From positions 104,594,001-104,658,000 of the forward strand of contig OZ336878.1 of assembly GCA_965287045.1 (NCBI GenBank): a stretch of 64,000 bases of DNA. Reading direction: 5' to 3'. Shown here one piece after another: positions 55,491 through 64,000 of this stretch. The position numbers and the translations under genes were made by a program. The notes beneath the pieces were generated by a model that saw only the letters and a list, made by a program, of their open reading frames with translations, did not search any database and was not told where the DNA came from. The stretch's first letter is position 1; every line of letters begins with the position of its first letter. The stretch is from Carcharhinus amblyrhynchos. Taxonomy: Eukaryota.

Positions 55491-56990
55491 TTAATTAAAA
55501 TATTCAACTGGAACAATCCTATGGCTTCTCGTTTAATAATTAGTGTTTTAAGTCAGTATGTGTGTGATGTTTGCAGTTTTCCGGTCACCTCATAATAATG
55601 GGCAAATAATACAAACTGAGAATCAAATGATTATTTTCTTCAGCCTTCGTCCACGACAGCACTGTATGAATTGAGGCAGTGCGGCTGGTTGTATTTTATC
55701 TGTTTTCAAGTTGTTGCACTTATCATTAAAATCTTTATGATCAGTTTCTTTGCCAATTATCTGATACCAGCCTCGAAACAAAACAGATAAGCAACCTTGG
55801 AAATGTTTCAATACGGCGAGATTGGATCAGGAAGCAAATAAGTGCATAATCAAAGAAGGCCAGACTGTACTTGCAACGTTGTAACCATTTCATAGAAAGG
55901 GCGGCAATGATGGATGCTCAATTATCGACAGAACATGAGAGTCATGTCTGTTGCAAATATTTAATGCCAAAATGTTCTGGTCCAGGTCTGCTCTCACTCT
56001 ATTGACATTGAATTATTAAGCACTGAAATTCAAAGTCGTGCATTTTCCATGCCGCTAAACTGCATTTTATTGCACTTCGATAACTGTTCCCTACTATGTG
56101 GCAACGGACTGGCTTTAATCCATGAGAACATGATCAAAAAATTACACCTTGGATAGCTCCAGTAACGAACAAGGAAATCCTTTGGAATACATTTAGAATC
56201 TTCTTAAAATTCTCAGTTCATTATAGCAGTATAGTATATTATTTCCAATAGGTCTTGCATGACTTGATCACACGGTCTTAAATACTGAGCAACTAGTTAA
56301 TATTTTAAGAAGTTCCCACTCTCGCCAGTATTTTCCTTTCCTTACTATCAGTTGAAGAATTCTCCGATGTGTCCTCAATGCAATAGTAATTCATTATACT
56401 ACATGAAATACCAATTATATTAGTTATCGAATAGTCTTGTCAAATAATTCCAAAGGTGGTATATTTAGATTTGTAATGTGCTGACAAAGTTTGCATAAAC
56501 ACATGTTTACAATACTGTTTGACTGTCCTTATTATAGATGGATGGACAAAAAAAAACAAAGAAGAGGGTCGGATGAGATTGTCTGAGTTTTTAGTCTCGC
56601 CCTTTTCAAACGGAGGTGATGCATTCTGGTTCAGGTTAATAAATAAGTGGGAAGATTTGTTAGCTTCCAACTTGTATCATCGAGTCGATCCTGTTGAAGT
56701 GTGCTTATATCCTATCCCTTGGACACAATGTTCTGGGTTTTCATTGTATGCGAGATAAGCAGAAACCTATTCAATGTTGCGTATAATATTTAGTAGAAAG
56801 GCATTTCTCTGAATGGGCATCTGTTAAATAAGCAACTGCTTTACCTACTGCTTTCAGAAGTGCTGCTCCTTTTCCTATTAATTGAATATATTTTACTATA
56901 TGTTTACATGTGCTGTAAAAGAAATTTAATTTTGATTAGTTAGTGTCCTGTGGATTGTAGTTTTCTGATTTATGAGAGGCAATCTGAACA

Positions 56991-57304
56991 TAAGAACATA
57001 AGAAATAGGAGCAGGAGTAGGCCATCTAGCCCTTCGAACCTGCCCCGCCATTCAACAAGATCATGGCTGATCTGAAGTGGCTCCGTTCCACTCTCCCGCT
57101 TTCTCCCCATAACCCTTAATCGCATTGCCTAGCAAAAACCTATCTACCCGCGTCTTAAATATATTTAGCGAGGTAGCCTCAACCACTTCAACGGGCAGAG
57201 AATTCCAGAGATTCACCACCCTTTGAGTGAAGAAGTTCCTCCTCAACTCCGTTCTAAACTGCCCCCCCCGCCCCCCCCCCATCTTGAGGCTGTGCTCTCT
57301 AGTC
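56991..57304 (-). mobile_element. Short young CR1 3' fragment, same subfamily as 54024-55490
   Basis: ELRRNFFTQRVVNLWNSLPVEVVEA and a near-identical 3' UTR. Flanked by CTGAACA at 56984-56990 and 57305-57311. Confidence 0.92.
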
Positions 57305-58788
57305 CTGAACAGTATTACAAACGTTTAAGGTGGAGTTAATTTTTTCCGGGCTCAGAGTGCATTTTGTTTTTATTGGACTGGAGGTGACCTGTGAATATGT
57401 TCATCAGTTAAAAGACAATTGGAATGATACTCAAGCGTACAATATTGTTCTTCTCCAAATAGCTCCAAGGATAATTATGTTGGCATATATGTTCACGAGA
57501 CATGATTTTCAGCAGAATGTTCCTCAGACCATTTTTATGGCAGTCAAGTTAAGAATTGAAATCGAGTTATCTGGGTTTTTTTGGATGCTTCGTGTGCCTG
57601 AAGCTATGGGCGCTGGCTGCGCAGTCAAAGGTAACACATCTTTTCTTTTTGATAGTGTTTACATAAAGTGGCTAAGAATCAATATTTCAGTCTCAAAATC
57701 TAGGGTCGAAAATGTTCCCTTACATTTTTGATAAATGTGGCAATAATAACGTTGTATAGATATCAGTTATTCTCCTGCAATTTCTTTATTGCCTTTGTCC
57801 AATATTTATAAAGTGATACCAAGGTATTCAAAATGCATGCTTGGTTTTTTTTTCTGCCCACATATTCACATTCTAATTGTTCAGGCACTTTTTCCCTCAT
57901 CTGTCGAAATTTACTTTCACTTGTCTGAATATGAGTGTGAGCAATCTACGTAGTTTCAAAAGGTCTGGGATCTGAATTTTATAGCTTGAGCATGCCACTC
58001 ATGAAATAATGCCTACTTTCCTGGTTATTGTTTAACGTTTCTTCCCAGGATCTTACGTTGGTTCTGAAGTCCAAGGGCCTTGCTCCACTTATTTGCAAAC
58101 ACACACTCTGGCCATGACTGAATTCTTCCTCGAAGCCAATTCCATCTAAGTTCATTTTTTTGGACCTTGCGAGGATAGCATTTCTTTATAAATGAAGACT
58201 GTGTATTGAACGAGGTGCCTTAACGATATTTAACACTTCATGAAAAATAATCGATGAAAAAGTAGTTTCGAATAATGAAGAATTCGCAATGGAGTGTATA
58301 GTGTTAGTACAGAAAAGCGAGGACGCTCTTTATTTCTGCACTTAAGCAAATCCCTCCTTCAAATACTTTTGAAATAATGTCCACACATCTGAGTGCCACA
58401 CGTTCGAATTCAACTTTTTGTCATAGAAAGGGCACAATTTCTTTGCAGTACTTTCGAGAACCTGAAAGGTAGGCAGTGTTGAATTGCTTTCTTTGGAATA
58501 TCTAAGTTAATTGAGATTTGTGTGAAAATTATATAAAAAAATGAAAGGCTAGATGTAGAGATAAACTACTAGTGCTACCAGAATCGAAGACAAAGGTTCC
58601 TGCCTCAAATTTCCCTCAATTACAACTTTGGACAGGCTTGGAAGTTAAGGCTCCAGTTTCCCCTTTACTCCTGCTTCTACAGAAACGGGATTCACGCGAA
58701 ATTTGCTGACATATGTGGCTGCACATTACGTTTTAATATTATTTTCTCTGAAAATACGAATTGGTGAACTTTTATTTTAGCTTCTTAC

Positions 58789-58824
58789 CGTTATCTTTTC
58801 GCAAACTCTCGCATTTTTCGAACG
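58789..58824 (-). CDS. 36-nt phase 1-1 microexon, (A)FEKCESLRKDN
   Basis: ggttttttaaacttctcag|CGTTCGAAAAATGCGAGAGTTTGCGAAAAGATAACG|gtaaga. Confidence 0.75.
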
Positions 58825-59204
58825 CTGAGAAGTTTAAAAAACCGGTCTTAGTCGTGCCATTTCCAAAATCCTGAACAGCCTTTCCATTGAGGAACAGCCT
58901 TTCCACATTCAGGTAAGTGTCTTCTAGGTGGAGAGCAGAAATGAATTCTGCGGCCACGTTTTCGTTCCTGAATTTACCTTCAATTATCTCTAAATTGTAC
59001 AACAATTCCACGATAGCCTTTCCTTACTGCCATTTTTAATAAAACGGTAAAATCTAATTTTGTGCCTTACAATGTCATATTGCTTCAATGCATTGTACCT
59101 GATTACTGAGTTCTTTGTCTAAAAGTTTGCATTGCTGAGGCAGCAAGCAACAGGGCTAAGTTGTTAATAATCAAAATGTAATTCTCCGAATCCCAGATTT
59201 TTAC

Positions 59205-59231
59205 CTTCAACTGTTTCGTTCACCTTTGCCT
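59205..59231 (-). CDS. 27-nt phase 1-1 microexon, (E)AKVNETVE
   Basis: atgattattcgacag|AGGCAAAGGTGAACGAAACAGTTGAAG|gtaaaa. Same class as ELKLNEKDA and EAQFKSKVQ. Confidence 0.65.
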
Positions 59232-60049
59232 CTGTCGAATAATCATACACGTAAGGTAAGTGAATAACATTACTCTGTGTGTGTGTGTCTGTGTGTTATT
59301 CGGGGGATGTTGTGGGGGGAGGGGTGGTGGGAGTCAACAACAGCTTATATGTATAGTGTGTGTTCAATCTAATAAAGCGTTGCAATGCTCTTCACATGAG
59401 CATTATGAGAATACATTCGACATATAGGAAGTAGGTTTGCTTACATTTTCCTGACAGTAAGTGAAAAGTGAGGGACAGGTGCAGAGAAAGTTTGGAATCT
59501 CGGATTCGTGATGATGCAAAACTCAGTGCTGGAGCACTGAAGATTAAGCCAACAATTTTGTAGTGATTGAAATTGAAGATAATATAGGGATTGGTATTAG
59601 CAGATTACGGCTAACAGGAGAAATGTGTACCGGAACAGTTCACATGGATAAGCTGGAGAAAGGCACTGAAGGAATGTCCATACCACGATGATCAATTTAG
59701 AATCAGAGCTTTGTTTGAACGGGAACTAACGCATATCAGCCAGTACAGGGATAAAATACGTGTTTACGTCTGGGCAATAAAGTTTTTGGTAATCTGAAGT
59801 TTATAGCAGGCAGGTTGTCAGAAGATCAGGAAGCCGGCTTTCTTAGTTGACGGGAAATCACGTTTCATACTTTGTATAAACTAGGTCTCTTTCCAATGCT
59901 GGCTGACGGCCTACATTTCTTCCATGCAACATTTCCATTTCATGCTGATGGCGAATTTGCGGAGGGCAATGATGAGCAAAAGGTCACAATCCAGTGAGAA
60001 AGTGTGAACAATCGAGTAAGTGATAGAGATGCATGTAGACTAGATGCAT

Positions 60050-61900
60050 CACTGGTGAAACGCACATTTCTTTTTTCTTATTGGCTATTCCGAAAGGGTC
60101 GTGAGAATATAATGGTGATCTAGCTTCTTGAGTCGCAGCAGTGCAAGCTCTGTAGGGTCATTCACATGCAGTAGGGGCGGGAGTAACTAGATTTTCAATC
60201 AGCAGCAATGAAGGAACAGTGATAGAATTCCACATCAGCATGGTATGTAGCTTGGAGGCCGACACCGAAGTGATGATATTCCAGCTTGTATGCTGCAATC
60301 GTTCTGCTTGGTAGCGTTCACGGGTTTGGAACTGCTGAGGCATGGGTATTACGAATTTGCTGCAATGTACCTTGCAGACAATGCACGCTGCTGCCACGTT
60401 GCGTCAGTGATAGAGGGACTCGATACAGGAGCTTTTGCAGAGAGTAGCAAGGAAACAGGCTGCCCTGTCCTGAACTGTATTGAACTTCATGAGTCTTTTG
60501 AAACTGCTTTCACTCAAGTAAGCAGAATCTGCTCTACCACAGTAATTACATGGCCGTAGGGGATAGTGGAAATTATTTGTGTTGTCAGAAAGTGAGATAG
60601 TCTCCTCACAATTCTCAGCTTCTGAACTGCTCTGGTGGTAAGTTGCCTGATGTTAAAAACGGTATGTCACTGAAGGAGAAACGATGATACTTGGGTGCTT
60701 TCCTGATTCCATGGTCATTTCTCTTCACCAGTTTAGCCAAATGTTGCGTGCCACTTATCAGTGGAAGCTTGACCGTTGTCCCATCCTTGCTGGGTTTGGA
60801 CAAAGCCTGTTTCAATATGTAAGGAGTCATGAATGAGTGAATAATTTGTAATCATGAGCAAACATCTCCAGCTCCGATCGTATCATGAAAAGAAGCTCAT
60901 TGATGAAACAGCAGAATATTGTGTTGGTCAGGAAATTAGATGAGCAACTTATGTAGTAATGCCTCGAGATTGAGCTGATTGCCTTCAAAGAACTGCCCAA
61001 GACGTCATCACTCCAACCATTTGAGAGTTTCCACACCGATTGCCATTGACTCCAGTTCGGCGGTGCCCCTGATGATTTAATGACGATTAAATGTTGCCTT
61101 GGTGCTGAAAATGTCACTCTCCCCTCACTTCATAACTGCAATTATTTTGTCTACATTTAGATGATTATTGCTTTAATATCACGAACTGATTTGACCCAGC
61201 CGGATCCTAAACTGAGCGTCAGTGAGCATGTTACTGCTGATTCAAAGCCATTTTGGAATTTCCGCGTACGTCTTACTCGTTCACATTGCTGATGATCAAG
61301 AATGCACTGATAGGATGGTACTTCATTCTCCTGGATTCATCTCGATTTTTGTGATCACGATATACTCTAAATCTTCAGACCCATCCCGTGTTTATTGCCC
61401 CTTCTTCTTTCCTAAGATCTGTGCTTCCTTCGTAATTCTGCACTCCCCAATCAACTCACAAAACGTCAGCCTAAGGAGAACAATCTCAGTTTACCCAGAA
61501 TCTCCTCACAGCTGAAGCCTTCCAGTCAAAACTAAAAACTAATGAAAGTCCTGTGCACCCTTCCTATTATAATCAGCTTGTTCCTGTACTGTGAGGATAA
61601 GAACTGCAGTCGATAATCTAGCTGTGGTCTAACACGTGCTTCATACAGATCAACCATAATCTCCCTGTTCCTAAATTATATGACTCAGCTAATAAAAACA
61701 AGTATTCTCAATGTTTTTTTTTAACCACATGATCTACGTGTGCTGTTGCCTTCATGAATCTATGAACATGCACCCGAATTCTATCTGATCCTTTGTATTT
61801 CCCAGCGTCCTGCAGTTCATTGTGCAATTCCTTACCGGTTTAAATTTCCAAGTATGTATCACCTCAGACTTTTCAGTGTTAATGACGTTACATTCACTAT
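60050..61900 (-). mobile_element. Decayed CR1/L2-group fragments
   Basis: ORF 60827..61117 ends FINEL…IRSELEMFAHD (an FADD remnant). Reverse CR1 sequence at 61350-61900. Confidence 0.55.
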
Positions 61901-62358
61901 CTTTATCTACAGATGATTGCAGACTATTGACATTTTGTACATTATAGATTGTAAATCCGCTATTAAAATCGTAGGTTTCTGAATTAATCTACAATCATTA
62001 AAGATATTGTTTATAAAGCTGTTGCTAAACTATGAAATGTATTATACTTGGACGTTTTATATTGTTCATGAAAAATGGTGTATAAAATGATGCAACTCCT
62101 CTAAAGCTGTTTGAATTCTGAATCGGCTGTCAAGTTCCATTGATTGTTTGCGCAGTTGAATTGAAAATCTATGATTTACGATTGCGCTCATAATTTGCAT
62201 TGATTTAAATATAGTGGTACCAAAGCCATTAGACTTCTCAGTGCACTGAAATGATTTTTCTGACCAATAATTACAAGGACAGTTGACGCAGCCGTTGACA
62301 TATTCCAAAGAAGAGAAGGGATTATCAGTGGACAATAGCTCACTGGAAGACGCGGCGA

Positions 62359-62393
62359 GGGGGGAAGGGTGGGGGGGGGGGGGGGGGGTGGGT
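62359..62393. repeat. G-rich/poly-G tract
   Basis: Long G homopolymer with flanking G runs. Confidence 0.9.
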
Positions 62394-63069
62394 GCAATGA
62401 GGGATCTGAGTGCGATAAGTGGGGAAGTATAAGCGGGGTGAATAGGGAAAGACAGTTAGTGGCGGGTGAATTTTATTGGTAGGTGTTGGCGGTAAATTAA
62501 TTTAAATGATATGGGGGCATTTGCTTCGTGGAAAAATGCAGGTTGGAGCTGTAATTGCGGATAATTGGGGTTAATGTCGGTGTTATTTGTTCAGTGAGTT
62601 TACTCTTCAAAGCCCCTGAAGCTTTCCGATGCAATAACCCCTAGTTGCGATTAGTAGCATATGCTCGCTGGAGTTAATCTGTGGGTACATGTTGTTCATT
62701 TGGCCCAAGCATTCGCCAGACAACCTATCCGATCCTTCCACCGTGCAACACTATTAAACGTATCCGCTAATCCTGCGGATATCGCCTGAACTTCCCCACT
62801 TCTGCAAACCGAATGTAGAGTCAAACCTACAGAGAGAAACGGAAGCATGAAGAAGTGTAAAATGGAAATCAATTTTCTACTTGCTTCTCTACTTTGACAT
62901 GAAATGGTGCTCTCGGATCGATGGAGAGTCATGTAACCCCATATTTTTCTTTTCTGTTTGAACAAGATGACTTTTATTACAGGCTGCGGATTCACCGAGC
63001 TGTTAGTTTCATTTCTTTACACGGTGAAATGGAATGAAAATAACTGCTAGCGCTTTGTGGAAATTAGAT

Positions 63070-63640
63070 AGGCAAACATGGTGGCACAATTTTAAAATTG
63101 CTGCCGTACAGCGCCAAGGATGCGAGATCGATTCCCAGCTGGGGCCATTGTCTATGCACAGTCTGCACGTTCTCCCTGTGTCTGCGTGGATTTTCTTAGG
63201 TGCTGCGATTTCCTCATACAGTCCGAAAGATGAGCTGGTTAGAAGCATTGGTCATTTTGAATGCACCCTCAGTGAACCTAAGCAGGTGCTGGAGTGTGGC
63301 GACTGCGGGAGGCTTCGTTTAATGGCATTAAGGCTAGATTATTACTTGAGAAACTCAACAAATATTCTAGAGACCCTGGTGCGAATCCTGGTGGAATTTG
63401 AATTCAATAAAAGAAAATCTGGAATTAAGGATCTACTGATGGCGACGTAACCATTGTCGATTGTCGAACGAAAAAAAGCATCTGGTTCACTAATGTCTAT
63501 TAGGGAAGGAAATTTTCCGTCCTTATCCCGCTGGCCTATATGTTACTCCAGCAATGTGGTTGTCTCTTAGTTGCCAACCAAAGTCAACTGAGGATGGACA
63601 GCAAATACTGGTCACCAAAGTCGGTTATATCCCATGGATA
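63070..63640 (+). mobile_element. Decayed HE1-type SINE (about 63070-63300) followed by a second-family SINE (about 63310-63640)
   Basis: ggtggcacaat…tgcacgttctccctgtgtctgcgtggatttt, then gtggaatttgaattcaataa…catctggttcactaatgtctattagggaaggaaa. Confidence 0.7.
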
Positions 63641-64000
63641 AATATAAAAAAGGGGATATTTATAATAACTTAATTGCTGTGTCAGTGTAAACCGACTTAT
63701 GATACCAATAAATCAGTTATTAAAGTCGATTTTGCATTAATATTGCGGGAGAACTAAAACAACATGTGTTAGTTTTTTTTCTCTAAATGGGGCACTAATT
63801 TGACATTTTGACGTGGTGACTTCATCCGTAGCATTTACGTGTACCCTCATAATAACGATAGTCCTTTGACATACACATATACTTGCGGTAGAACCATTAT
63901 TAGCATCATTTCACCTAGGCTCTGTAGTGTTTCTTGAAATTTAGTCAGTTCTGAAAGGTAAGCAACATTTTTTGAGTGTTGTATTAATTTTATCCTGTCT

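Noticed and set aside
55589-55615. 27-nt AG/GT-bounded segment (a similar one lies at 24989-25015)
   Set aside because: In-frame stops and non-coiled-coil composition. These show that chance 27-mers occur, so real calls also required open phase 1 and heptad fit.
58730-58747. 18-nt exon-like EKIILK
   Set aside because: Only 41 nt separate it from the 58789 donor, too short for an intron.
1-64000. Remaining 60-140 aa ORFs; CRISPR, rRNA or tRNA genes; prokaryotic systems
   Set aside because: The ORFs are chance frames or retroelement remnants, and the tRNA-like boxes belong to SINE heads. No repeat-spacer arrays or operon-like structure were seen.

Overview
This is AT-rich vertebrate genomic DNA, almost certainly from an elasmobranch (shark or ray), judged by HE1-type V-SINEs and HER1/CR1 LINEs with (TCTATGT/TCTTATGT)n tails. 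A large part of the window is decayed CR1/L2/SINE sequence, and the only long ORFs in the ORF track are retroelement reverse transcriptase. The main hidden structure is on the minus strand: a chain of about 14-18 tiny exons, 18-48 nt long and mostly 24, 27 or 36 nt. All are symmetric phase 1-1 with canonical AG/GT, and they are spread over about 59 kb. Spliced together they give an open, almost perfectly heptad-registered coiled coil (…EHKTTIENL EAQFKSKVQ EAETMQRTIDDN NTLLKEKDD ELRNFQRKLTIA ELKLNEKDA ELDRLK… EVVKCRKQL AEKMKQLK ELKAKYESL ETSLAKKEK E…). This architecture resembles the heptad-exon cytoplasmic tails of butyrophilin/ERMAP/chicken BG genes. That identity is inferred, because no Ig, transmembrane or B30.2 exon was found inside the window. 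Other notable items are a ~390-bp fold-back inverted duplication, an 800-bp TGT…ACA element with long asymmetric inverted termini, and young CR1 insertions whose TSDs match their tails. All coordinates were counted by hand, and repeat boundaries are approximate.
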